DNA of 63,973 nt, counting the filler. It is 12 parts of 12 records of this genome, joined end to end, with 100 filler letters (N's around TTAATTAATTAA, not from the genome) between each part and the next. Parts side by side here need not be neighbours in the genome. Positions count along the whole stretch, not along the records: positions 29,098 to 47,361 come from SRR9188676_3472; positions 47,462 to 51,418 come from SRR9188676_3475; positions 51,519 to 54,679 come from SRR9188676_3487; positions 54,780 to 57,417 come from SRR9188676_3500; positions 57,518 to 59,608 come from SRR9188676_3503; 7 more parts are not named here. One strand, given 5' to 3'. Under the pieces are notes generated by a model. The model worked only from the letters and a program-made list of their open reading frames with translations, was not told where the DNA came from and ran no database searches. How positions within the stretch are numbered: the stretch's first letter is position 1; each line of letters opens with the position of its first letter. This document shows, piece after piece, positions 45,439 through 57,531 of the stretch. The position numbers and the translations under genes were made by a program.

Positions 45439-46299
45439 TTATGATTCTTGAAAACCTGCTTTAATATGTCCTATCAATTTCACATTATCCTCAACCGTAT
45501 TCTTAAAGTATTCAATCATTACAATTGCCATATTGCTATTGGTTTCGTCATTGGTATTACGTTCCAAAATACTCATTATTCTTTCTTTCAATTTTAGATT
45601 ACGCTTGGCAATCTTCTTAATTTCTCTTCCCATTACTCTGGCTGCCAATTCTCTGAGGCTAAATTCTTCTTCTCCAAATAAATCTAAATGATTGTTATAA
45701 ATTTCTTCATTATACATATCAAAAAAATGATTGAGAATATCGCTGATGTCCTTAATATCGTCTCTTCGATGTTCTGGTCTATCATCGAAAGCTATCATTT
45801 TCAACAATACTATTCCTGGCAATGTACAGAATTTGAATTGATGTTCACCTTCCAAATTCAATTCGGGTAAACCTTCATTGTAAATTTCTGTAAAACCTTG
45901 CAATGAGATATTCGTCAAGCCTATTCCGTTAGTTGAAACCTTACCATTTTCATCTTCAATTGCTCCAAAAGGGAGTAAATCTACCTGAGTTCGTCCTTTC
46001 CAAATCAGCACAAAGTTGTTTCCTTTGTACGGAAAAAAGCCTTCTTCGTAGATTAAATGCTCTCGGAGTTCGTCATAAGTTGATATGTTATTGATAAATA
46101 CTGCAAAATCAATATCCCCCGTAGTTCTTCGAGGTTCAATTTTGTTGATGCCACTCATCCAAACATCACGAGCCACTGCACCTACCAAATAGAAGTCAAC
46201 CCTGTATTTTGTTAATCCTCTTTCCAGAGCGGACAACATCTCTGATATTTCGGGTTGTTGTCTGAGTTGATTATAATTGAGTTTGTAGGTATTCATCAT
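45439..46299 (-). CDS. AbiEii-like nucleotidyltransferase (type IV TA toxin)
   Basis: YLVGAVARD...RRTTGDIDFAV pol-beta NTase motif, VDLLPFG, LLKMIAF.DR...DD..DI; start (MMNTYK) overlaps the antitoxin end. Confidence 0.85.
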   Translation of the reverse strand: MMNTYKLNYNQLRQQPEISEMLSALERGLTKYRVDFYLVGAVARDVWMSGINKIEPRRTTGDIDFAVFINNISTYDELREHLIYEEGFFPYKGNNFVLIWKGRTQVDLLPFGAIEDENGKVSTNGIGLTNISLQGFTEIYNEGLPELNLEGEHQFKFCTLPGIVLLKMIAFDDRPEHRRDDIKDISDILNHFFDMYNEEIYNNHLDLFGEEEFSLRELAARVMGREIKKIAKRNLKLKERIMSILERNTNDETNSNMAIVMIEYFKNTVEDNVKLIGHIKAGFQES

Positions 46300-47269
46300 A
46301 AATTTTTTGAGCTGTTTCAATACATCTTCTATCATTAATTGCCATCAAATCGGCATACACAACAAGCGGTGGGGCTGTTTTGTGAGCCGAGTTATCCTCT
46401 TTCCAAAACTTCTGATAAACTTTCACATTTCCTTTTTCATCTGGAATCAGTTTATAGTTTTTAATGACTTCATTACGACTTTCTTCTGTGTATAGCGTAA
46501 ACTCAGCAGGGTGAAGATAATCGGTTAATAAATTCCCTGCAGGTTCACCACCCCAAACGGCTTTTGTAGTATCAAAATCTTTCCATGCCAATAAATTATC
46601 TTCTTTCAAGAAACGAAACGTTCCAATGCGTAAAGTTGGTTTTAGATTTTTGGTAAATTCATCCGCCCATTTTTTAATTAATAATTCAATGTTAGTGAGT
46701 TTTAGGGTATTTTTATTAATTGATAAAATAAAATTATCCTGTTTCAATCCTTGAATAATATTGGTAATATTTCCGATTGAAGTACCTGTTTGTTCTGCAA
46801 TTTGTCGATAAGGTTGATTAATTAAGATTGGGTTTTGGAGAAATTCAAATAATACTTTCAAGCCTGTTTTAGTAAATGCCCGATTGCGATTATCAATTTC
46901 AATTTTCATAGGTTCATGAGTGTCTATCCAGAACATTTTATTACTCTCTCTCAAGTAAAAATTACCATTAGCTTCCAGATAAGCTACATTATGAACTTGC
47001 AATTGCTTTTTAATGGCAGGTGAAATTCGACTTGCCACCAACATAAAAGGTTTAAATTGTTCATTAAGTTGGTAAATTTTTGGCAAAGCCTGATTTTTCA
47101 TTTCTCCTTTTATTTCAACATTATAAGTAGAAACCTCATTAGGAAATATTAAAGACAATATTCCATCTAAATTCGGAATACCTTTTTGTTTCCAATTCCC
47201 TTTAATCAGAGTCGTTTTTTGAAGATTATCAAGAGCTTTATAAATGATTATTTGTTCTTGTGTGTTCAT
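46271..47269 (-). CDS. AbiEi-family antitoxin / transcriptional regulator (DUF2186-like)
   Basis: YLEANGNFYL, winged HTH YRQIAEQTGTSIGNITNIIQGL, AVWGGEPAG, APPLVVYADL...RCIETA; directly upstream of the NTase. Confidence 0.85.
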   Translation of the reverse strand: MNTQEQIIIYKALDNLQKTTLIKGNWKQKGIPNLDGILSLIFPNEVSTYNVEIKGEMKNQALPKIYQLNEQFKPFMLVASRISPAIKKQLQVHNVAYLEANGNFYLRESNKMFWIDTHEPMKIEIDNRNRAFTKTGLKVLFEFLQNPILINQPYRQIAEQTGTSIGNITNIIQGLKQDNFILSINKNTLKLTNIELLIKKWADEFTKNLKPTLRIGTFRFLKEDNLLAWKDFDTTKAVWGGEPAGNLLTDYLHPAEFTLYTEESRNEVIKNYKLIPDEKGNVKVYQKFWKEDNSAHKTAPPLVVYADLMAINDRRCIETAQKIYDEYLQTQL

Positions 47270-47279
47270 TTTTTTAAAG

Positions 47280-47322
47280 TGTTTACGAAATCGTGAACAA
47301 TCATTATTTGTGAACAAATGTA
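47280..47322 (-). promoter_or_regulatory. Putative promoter and autoregulatory operator of the AbiE-like operon
   Basis: -7 box TACATTTG (- strand, 47315-47322); inverted repeat TGTTTACGA-AA-TCGTGAACA (47280-47299) plus an extra GTGAACAA half-site abutting the -7 box. Confidence 0.6.
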
Positions 47323-47461
47323 GGAAGTTTATTTATGAAATTCAAATTATAATTTGAATTTNNNNNNNNNNNNNNNNNNNNNNNNNNNNNNNNNNNNNNN
47401 NNNNNTTAATTAATTAANNNNNNNNNNNNNNNNNNNNNNNNNNNNNNNNNNNNNNNNNNNN

Positions 47462-50400
47462 GAAGTTATCAAAATTATCGCCACTGAGAATGGCCACACC
47501 GACCGTGATCAGCACCATTATGACCCTATACCCATTACACATTCAGATCATAACAACATATACCAGAGAGAAAAGATCATAAATTGCCAATATCATTGTA
47601 GAAAAAAGATATCAACAACTAGGATAAGCGAAAGGGTCCGAGAGGGGCCAAAAGACGCAAGCAGAGAGAATAAAATATGAGGAACACGTCTCATGGACCA
47701 CTATTGGGGCAAAAACAAGATTTGTAGTGAAAATAAAAAGAATCAATTTGAAGGATGAGATCTGAACAAGCAAGGGAATGACACTTTGGGAGATGGACAA
47801 TCCAAAGCTGAGGTAGGAGTCTGGGGAATATTGTGATAATCAATCAAGATAGCGAGGAGAAAGCAAGCCTCACTCCTCCTGAGAACTCACCTGAAGCCGT
47901 TACGTTTCCAGAGGCCACGAGTGGTGTTTTCTTCGTGGAAAATGAACCCTTCCAAGATCTCTACCGCAGGATGCAGCTGAGGAACACACACCCAGAGACG
48001 AAAAATGAGAATACAGAAGGCGAAAAAGAGGAAGTATGAAAGAGAAAATTGTTACATGGATAGTGAATCAGAACAAAATGAAATGTCGATAATGCAAAAT
48101 AGCGGTGATAGAGAATACAGTATTCGAAGTTCAAGTAGCTATTTAGATTTGCCACAAAAAGTGGAGGGCCGGTAGATATTTCGTCCTCTTATTTTTTTTT
48201 TATCTGCAAGCTTGAACCAATTAGCATATTATTGTAAATCATTCATGACAATATCTGTCTAGTTCGGATCTGCTCTCCTTCGGGCGGAAGAACTTTGATA
48301 GGATAGCAAATATGTGTCTCTTGAAGTTGCCGGAATCAACAGCACAAATGTCCAAGACGTCGTAGCTATCTAATCTTTTCATGGAGTGGTTTGAAGGAAC
48401 TCTTCCCCTCCAGCCTGGTCCTCACGGAGCGTTACGCTAATGGTATTGTACACATGAAAGTTCAACGTCACATATCATATGAGGGCATACCATAAGAGGA
48501 TATGTGCATAGCAGGGCCATGCAGTACAGCACCTGTAGGATCTCCACCGTGCGCGAATTCTTGGGCATGTTGAGCGTGATCGGGCCCTAGAGAGCGAAAG
48601 AACCAAAGATACATAAGAGTCAGAGAAGGTCGAGTGTCGACGAAAATCGAAACACATACGCATTGAATAAGACAGCAATTACATAATTAGAAGATGAAAA
48701 TCCCTGTCCAACTCTTTCCGAAAATTCAAAATTCTTCGTTGAAATTGATGCCAGAAAGTTCGCTTCTTACAACCGAATTATAGTGACATGACAGAGGCTA
48801 TATAGCGCTTGACAGAGAGTCACTTTCCTTATTATATCCTGAGCGACTATATGCAGATTGCATCAGGAACTAGTGGCAAAAAATTATAACTGCAATAGTA
48901 CAGCGAAGTATTGCAGGGGTATACGCAGGGCCAGTGCCGGTCAGTTACTGCTGTTCTGGATGACGGCATACAAAGTGATAGCCGACTGAAAGAATACATC
49001 AGGGGCATATAGCCAACGAACCTTGATGTCTTCACCATAGGCGAGATAGTTGACACTTGCGAAAATCACCAGGCCGGTGCAAAGTGCGAGTACAGTGAGC
49101 GTGAGCACGCGAGAAAACTTTTCCTTCTCCTTCATGCTTTGTTGGATAGGTATTACCATGCCAACACCTGTGATGAGAGTGATCATGATGAGTCAATAGG
49201 AACAGGAACATGTGCATCGGAAAATGCTCGAGCTATCCATAGTGTCGATGCAGCGCAAACCAAGAAATAAGGGACCAAAAAATCAAAAGCGACGGGCCTA
49301 GAATGACGATGATGCCTTATTCTTTCAATTTTTTTTTTAATTTTTTTCACAGGGTTTGATGGGGTTTGTCCGTCAGGAAACATGCTACATCTACAAATTT
49401 AAACGGCATGAAGCCCAATATAATGAAAGGAAAGGCCTGTTTTCGCAGTCCCTTTCTTCTACGAGCTGATCGTAATAAGGATCCGATCGCTTGATTTTCT
49501 CTCATTCAATCGCCCGCAAATGAAAATGAACAAACATGCCGACGCCAAATGTAGTCGCAGGAATACATACCTTCAAAGGTATACACCGCGGTGCCGAGAA
49601 AGAGGGAGAAATACTTTCTGTTGAACAAAACGATCTTTTGTGGTTCACCTGGAATACATGCAAGGGACGGAGAAAAAGACCGAGCGAGAAAGGGAATAAA
49701 TATGAGATGGTCAAGGCAATGGAAGCGTAGGTCGACTCAAGAAGAATACTGAATCTGAAGTTCAAACTGGAGTGCCAAAGACTGACGCTCACAAAGCCAT
49801 GGCCTGAGAATGGTACTCGGCAAAGAAGAAATAAATCAATAAGCAAGCTGTGCTGCGTGTCATTTTATGACAATTGGACATTGTCCACAGGATGAGCTTA
49901 TATATTAAAGAAATAAATATACTGATCTTAAAAAGAGGAAATGTAAAAATAGCGTCGCTATATAGAGGAGCGAGTACTTACGATCTTCATGAGTAAGCAC
50001 CCGCAAACTATGGTACATGATATACAACGTGACCAGCAGAATTAGCAGGTTGCCGAGCAAACTTGTGAACGCAAACTTTTCCACTCGCCGAATCCACACC
50101 AGAGGAATCAAAATGGGAACCTGTACGATCAGAGACAGAGGCAAACATCTGGAGTGAATGCCAGAACAAAGAAACACTGAAGACCGAAGAAAAAAGAAAA
50201 TCTTCTCGGTAATTTCCTCTGAGAGGCGTCGTAAGCCTTCATAAAGTAGGCTTATTCCTCAACTAATTCGGATCGAGAGAAAGGATCAATGCGTGAAGAA
50301 AAAAAAAGAGAAAAAAGAAAATATGAGTTCGAGATTGTTTTCATAAGTGGCTGAACAGGGAGCCTGTTTTCTCACCTGATTGTCGCTCCAGAAGGTACTG

Positions 50401-51183
50401 GACCATATATTTCACATCAACGAAGGATAATGAAATACAGTCCAGGCCAACTATCTTTCATAGTCACAAATAAACGGAAATAAATCTCATGGCGCGTGAA
50501 TACTTCATTGGAAAGGCAGTATAGCCGATCTGAAAGCGAATGAAATCCACTGTCGAGGCTGATGCCAGGTTTAAGGCGAGGTGGAAGGGTCCGATTGATG
50601 AATTCTTCGCTTTGTGAGAAATGAGAGGACATACGAGCATCCAGATAACGGCAACCTCGTTCAGGAGATGGTCACCGCCAGAAAGGGATGAAACCACTTG
50701 CACCAAATGCCGCGGGATGAAGATTAAATAAGCACAGCAAAACGCGCACTGAAGGATTCAAACAAAGAAATAAATAAATTGGCAGCACTCGATTCGTCCT
50801 CGCGGGCATTTTGCACAGGAGTTAGATGTTGAAATGATCTCAAAGAGAATAAGATCGAAGATTGTCTCGAGGATATGTTACTTTCTGGAATGATTTAATG
50901 ATCGTGTCTGCGTGTTACACCTTGTGAACAATAAATGAAGCGACGAACTCTTCTTGGGACATATAAAGAGTCAATAAGCTCGTTCATTATCACAGTCTTT
51001 TGTCAAAAAATGTAATATAAACACAGAAACAAGCGAAAAAAATAAATATATGTTTCAATAAGTCCAGAGAGCATGAGTCCGCACCTGAGATAACACCAAG
51101 GACATATCCACGGCCACTTTGCCTGGCTTCCCGAAACTTTTGTATCCAAGGTCGCTGAACGAACCTCCATGCTTCTCGTGAAT
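47462..51183 (-). CDS. Amino-acid transporter, Aa_trans family (AVT3/SLC36-like), partial, many introns
   Basis: Exons: GGSFSDLGYKSFGKPGKVAVDMSLVLSQ | CAFCCAYLIFI | IPLVWIRRVEKFAFTSLLGNLLI | FLGTAVYTFEG | VGMVIPIQQSMKEKEKF...YLAYGEDIK | GPITLNMP...LYCMALLCTYPLM | LHPAVEILE...WKRNGFR | VIMV...FDNF. Confidence 0.9.
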
Positions 51184-51670
51184 CTACCATTTACATTCAT
51201 GAAAAACGGAAATTTGACGTTCAGTAGAAGCAATGTCGTGAGAAAACAAAATGAAAGCAAATGTGTGTGATACTTCAAGGTAAACAAACCAGCTCCGAAT
51301 TCGGTCAGCGGGAATATGGCAAGATCCATAATCCGAAAGTTCAACCCCTATTTTTCGGATATATACAGTAAAGCCATAATGTGGATACAGTCATTCTTCG
51401 ATCTCACTATCGACGGCANNNNNNNNNNNNNNNNNNNNNNNNNNNNNNNNNNNNNNNNNNNNTTAATTAATTAANNNNNNNNNNNNNNNNNNNNNNNNNN
51501 NNNNNNNNNNNNNNNNNNGAAGTCCCGAGGTGCGTCGATTACAAAAGTAAATACAGATAAATGATATATATATATATAAAATAAATAAAAATGAACACCC
51601 ATTTTGGTTCTTTGGTCATTTTTACTTCTTATCGAGCCTGAGACCAAATAAATCGCATATTCATCGTCTT

Positions 51671-51731
51671 ATGCTTTTATCTTCACCAATACTTCAGCAG
51701 GGTCACCATGCTTTTATCTTCACCAATACTT
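51671..51731 (+). repeat. 24-bp direct repeat
   Basis: ATGCTTTTATCTTCACCAATACTT at 51671 and 51708. Confidence 0.8.
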
Positions 51732-52099
51732 GCTAGATGTCTGGATAAGAAGGGCTATTTCCAACGATTTGGGGTGGGTGGGCCTCAGACAAAAACTTGT
51801 GAATAGAGAGCGGACGGGGGGTGATCAGGGTGGTGGATCTAGTGAAAAAATCCCATTCTCAGGTGGATGTCCTTTATGGATGATCCTGAAGGAAAGGAAT
51901 CACATGATATAAAATTCATTCTTAAAACTAACGATCCTCTCGAATACTGGACAAGTAAAAGAGAAAGCGGTGTTCCTTCTCAGAAACCTCATCGAGAGAT
52001 CCGATGTTACACTCTCGGAACAAGCGGTGTACAAGTCAATTATCCTAGAACGGTTCGAGAAAGTTGTGTATGTATCTTCGAAACACATAGATATCTCGA

Positions 52100-53310
52100 A
52101 GAGACGTACGATTCGAGCGGCGGATTTTTGAACCAGCTTATTGAATGGAGAATGGAAGACTGCATAATCGAAACATGTCCGATTGAAGTGCTTGCCAGTC
52201 TGTAGCAGGAAGTACAGGAAAACAATCATACAAGGTTGATGATGAGGACAACATATCTCAAAGATCGAGTCTGTAGTGTTTGCTGAAATTCGAATCTCTT
52301 CGATCAAATATCGCGTTGTGTGGGCTTTTGAATCGCATCAAGTTTTGGGAGGTTATGAAGAAATTTCAATCCATGTGGTGACCAAGGGCTCACCTTCTTT
52401 TCATACTTCTTGCCGAGCGCACGATAGCAGCCATCGACAGCAGACAAGAAGCACGACAGAGTGCGGGGGCCGTCCACTCGAGGGTACTCGGATGTCATAT
52501 CCGGTTTGCAAAAATCAAAGGTATTTCTGAAATGATTTGCTCGAAGGCCCGGGGCGATAACGAGTGGAGCATTGGGGCCGATGAGCATGGCCACAGCACC
52601 GCAACCGCCAGTGGGACGAGCCGCGCCCTCGGCATACACTGCAATGTCGCCACATACCACAAGGCCATACCGCCCATCCCACGAAGAGCTTTCGACCCAC
52701 GCAACAGTGTTGAACAGCGCAGCCGTGCCACCGTAACACGCGTTGAGGTTATCCACGCCTGCCACGGATGAGGCCATGAGATCATCGCATAATCTGAACC
52801 ACTGACTATATTACCTTCAACATCAAAATTTCCATGGGAATTAAATAAATCCATCAGCGAAGTTTTCACAGACTTTGATCGATCGAGAATCGTTTCTGTT
52901 CCGACCTCAAGTCTCCCAATCTGATTGTAATCAATCTCATACTTCTCAACGAGGGAGCGTACCACTAATAACATAGAGAATGACAGGAAATTGAAATACA
53001 TTCAGTCAGTTCGAGATCAGAATGCAAAATAACTGAACAGAGAATGCGCACCTGTTAAGCAAATGCTGATCACATCTTCTCGATCGCCACAAAAGCTCAT
53101 GCAACTTTGTCCAAGGCCTATTGTATATTTGCCTTGGCTAGCTTCAAATTGGGTCTCTACGAGGAGAGATTAGTGTGTGTACGTCAGATGAGCCAAAAAC
53201 ATACCAAGCTGTTCTTGTCGAACGCTTGTTCGAGGAAAGTAGACATCTATTGCGAGGATACCAATATTTTTTGGTTGTTCATCAGCCTTCAACACTGGAA
53301 GGCAAGGCAT
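52100..53310 (-). CDS. HMGCS: Hydroxymethylglutaryl-CoA synthase (eukaryotic type), 5' part
   Basis: [46 protein letters not shown] (catalytic Cys), [38 protein letters not shown]. The C-terminal exons were not resolved. Confidence 0.95.
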
Positions 53311-53494
53311 TTCGAGCCGGGAGAAAATGTCGGGGTTTGTAACTGTTTGTGAGTCTCATCAGGGGAATAAAAACACACGTTGCCACGTAAGCACAGCCGT
53401 CGCGCCAACGACCCCCGAGACCCCCGCTCCACATCTTGTCTCATGACTAGAGTTCACGATCAATTCTTGGCGGGAAATCTCCTCCTGAAGAGTG

Positions 53495-54384
53495 ATGGTG
53501 AAAAAAGTGAAAAAACAATGGGTAATTCGGTTGGGTAAGCAGGATATCCCTATATCCGTCGGAGAGACAACGATTGGAAGGTATTTTCAATGTTTTGAAA
53601 TGCGCAAAGGATGTGGGTGCTAACATCATTCCTTTCAGAAAAAGCGATCAGGATATTCGTCTTGAAGGGACCACCGTCAGCAGAGAGCATGCAAAATTGA
53701 TTCTAGATAACAACGACGACCTCACTATCAAAAACTTCAGCTCAAATGGGACCTTTGTGAATGGGAAATTATGTGAAGACATGATGCACTTAAATCATGG
53801 GGATACTATTGAGATTCGGGATCATACTCTCATCGCAAGAAAAAAACGTAAGCTCTAATGTGATCATCTCTGTCAAATTTATGTTTGTATACTGATGTCC
53901 TCTCTGATAGTCTGCCCGGCTACGAAGAGTGGATCAGTCAAACCACCTCCATCACCCATCGCTCGTTCTTCTTCTCCTCCATCCTCCCCGATCATCATTC
54001 CTTCATCTCCCGAATTGAATGCCGAGCCCACACGAGTTGTTGGGACGCATACAGATGGAGATGAGTCTGACTTCATGGGCCACCACGAATCTCTTGTGTG
54101 TACTGCCTGTGGTGGAAAGCTGCCAAATTATGATGAGGCACCTGGAGAGATTTGCGCGCATCCCATTCTTTCTGTTGCTATCTGCGTACCATGCTATGAT
54201 CACTATCGGTCCATTATGGCAGACATCACAGCTCACACCGACGAAGAAGGGAAGGAAGAAGCATGTGCTTGGTGTGGCGATGATGATGGTGTGGACTTGG
54301 TGATCTGTGACACTTGCCCGAAAGCATTCTGCAAGGGATGCATTACCCGAAACTCCGGTGATGAATATTTGAAGAATATTTTAG
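53495..54384 (+). CDS. FHA domain + ATRX-type ADD zinc-finger protein, 3' truncated
   Basis: Exons 53495-53580, 53639-53847 and 53911-54384 join in phase. FHA: IGR...VSREHA...SSNGTFVNG. ADD: CTAC...HPILSVAICVPC...DEEGKEEACAWCG...LVICDTCPKAFCKGCITRN. Confidence 0.85.
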
Positions 54385-54779
54385 GTTCGTTCCTATGTGA
54401 CTGTACGCTAGGATACCGAAGCTGAGTATTCACACGGAATCAGTTTTTCGCACATTCAAGTTTCCCCTCTCCGAACAACATCTTACTAAAGTTGCCTTCT
54501 GGGTGATTCGAAACACGAAGTTAAAATAATTACAGAGAACCCTCACTAGGCATCTTTCATTCAACTTTAGCAGCACGAGAAAAAAAAGCCTAATTCGTAA
54601 TAATAGGGGGGGGGGGGGGGGGGAAGGCAAAGATCTACGAGATCTCGCTCCCAACAATTTTTGTTTGGTTTGGGGGAGGNNNNNNNNNNNNNNNNNNNNN
54701 NNNNNNNNNNNNNNNNNNNNNNNTTAATTAATTAANNNNNNNNNNNNNNNNNNNNNNNNNNNNNNNNNNNNNNNNNNNN

Positions 54780-54801
54780 GAGAGAGAGAGAGAGAGAGAG
54801 A
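54780..54801. repeat. (GA)n microsatellite
   Basis: gagagagagagagagagagaga at contig start. Confidence 0.85.
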
Positions 54802-54899
54802 ATTAGATGTCATTGAGGATCAAAATTTTCAGAGGAGCGAGTGAAGGGAGAGGTAAGGAAATCGAACGAAAAGAGATGGGAAGAGAGGGAGAATGGAAT

Positions 54900-55714
54900 A
54901 CCGATGGCCGCGATACACGGACTGAATGCGGATGGCCGCGTGCCGTTTCTCCCAATACTCAGTCTGAAATAGAGAAAGGCACAGGAAAGTAAGAGAGCGA
55001 TTCATCACGTAGAAGTTCAAGCGGATGAGAGTCGAGAGAGAACCAATTTTCTCATTCTATTTTCAAGAACACCTCAATTCGATTGCCAAAGAAAAGCGAA
55101 TGCTGAGGGTCCAAAAATGAGACATTTTGACGATATATCTCAAGAAAATGATATATCTATGCATAAACAGCGCTCCTCAATGAGCATCGGCAATACCTGA
55201 GCATAGAAAGCACGGAACTGTGCCTGAATTTTGGTCGCAGCCTGTTTCTTTGTCATCAAGTCTCTTTTGCTCTGTGAAGAAATGAAAGTTTAGCATGAGA
55301 CTGAAAATAGAAAAAGAATCCAACATACTCTAAACATCCGGAATGTGCTTTGGATTCTGGTGGCAGCCTGGTTTTCCTGTCGCCTTTTCTTTTGCACAAT
55401 CGATCGAGTTTTGTACCCTCGATAAATGCGCTGAATATCGATCGCTGCTTCGCCTGATTCTTGGTCTGATTTATTCTTCTTACGGACATGATATCCTCGA
55501 AACTAGAAATGCAGACAGAATAGCCGAAGACAAAGAGATGGCGAGCTGATGAGCAAGCTATGGCCCCACGAGGGGGAACGTGAGGACCTACCGAAGCCTG
55601 AATCTTAACCGCAGCATTATTCACTGCATTTTCATCCCCATTATAGGCGGAATAGTCGAACAAGGATGCGGTGGGAGAACCGCGACTCGGGGGTTGATCT
55701 TTCTTTGGAGGCAT
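54900..55714 (-). CDS. Multi-IQ-motif calmodulin-binding protein, multi-exon
   Basis: At least five IQ motifs across exons: AAVKIQAS|FRGY, AAIDIQRIYRGY, AATRIQSTFR, AATKIQAQFRAF, AAIRIQSVYRGH. Confidence 0.82.
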
Positions 55715-56103
55715 CCCCAAATCCGTCAGCGACGATGATAGTAGTGGTTAGTTAGAGTTGTATTCTTAATATTTTCCGATTTTCTGACCACGGATATCCC
55801 GAAAAATGAAGGATTTCAATCGAAAGGAAAGTTTCCGTTAAAAATATCTGAAGGTTGCCACAGGTTATTATCGGGGCAGGGAGGAGCCTCATTCTCTGTT
55901 GACTTGGGTTCAGAAACGATAACAGGCTATAACCTATATATTTCTGCAGATTCTGTCTCTACATTATGCTGTTGATCAGAATCCTGCCAAAGCTACAAAA
56001 GAAGATAACAAGGATTTGTGTTCATGCGATCATTGACGCGATTGTATCTCATCATTGCGAGGTCGTTTGGGATACACATAGATGTATTTCGATAATAAGT
56101 TTA

Positions 56104-56709
<606 letters not shown>

Positions 56710-57297
56710 AAGTGAGAGGAAAGCGAGTATAATATGGGCTATGGGGACTGGCAAGAATCGGGGATGGCCGAATACGATCAGGTGTAAGTAGAAAACAAAA
56801 AGGGAAGACAAATGCCACACACACAAAAAAAACTGGAGAAACCCCAAATCGTATTTTTGGATTATTTTCTCCAGATTATTTTCTTCTTCTTCTCGTGTCG
56901 TATGCTCTCGTACTTTATTCGATTGCGTCCTCACCTGCATTCTTCTTTTGCTTTTGACAGTTGCGGTAGTCTCTATCGTCACTACCCCCCTAAAGCAGCT
57001 CTGATTGATGAGCTTTTCGCCATTTTAGCGCTGTCATGCAGTGCTGTGAGGAGAAAATTTTAGAGTTGAAAAGCGAATATAGATGCATCTTACTGAATGG
57101 ATTTGATCGCACGATTGACCAGGAGAAATGGTGAGCATCTACAAGGAGCAAACTCGAGTCAATTATCCTTACCCTGAGTGCGAAGGTCTCACCCCCCGTC
57201 AGATCTTGCAAGATTTTTATGACACCATCGATCGAAATAATCGAAATAGAAATCGGCTTCGACAAATCGAACATCGCGATCAAAGCGCTCAGAAAGA

Positions 57298-57417
57298 ATG
57301 ACGGAAACGAAAGAAAAGCTTAACCCAGTGAGCCCCATTATCAAGATGTTCGGTGGATCTCTCGGTGGTATCGCCGAATCGGTTTGCCTCCAACCTCTCG
57401 ACACTGTCAAGACTCGC
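57298..57417 (+). CDS. Mitochondrial carrier (SLC25) N-terminus, truncated by contig end
   Basis: MTETKEKLNPVSPIIKMFGGSLGGIAESVCLQPLDTVKTR, containing the PxDxxKxR signature. Confidence 0.85.
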
Positions 57418-57531
57418 NNNNNNNNNNNNNNNNNNNNNNNNNNNNNNNNNNNNNNNNNNNNTTAATTAATTAANNNNNNNNNNNNNNNNNNNNNNNNNNN
57501 NNNNNNNNNNNNNNNNNCCACGCCATCCCCC

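Noticed and set aside
48860..48985. Possible alternative exon (SAITL...) in the amino-acid transporter
   Set aside because: It would need a 36-nt intron and hits a stop within 15 codons; the GPITLNMP exon near 48590 fits the family much better.
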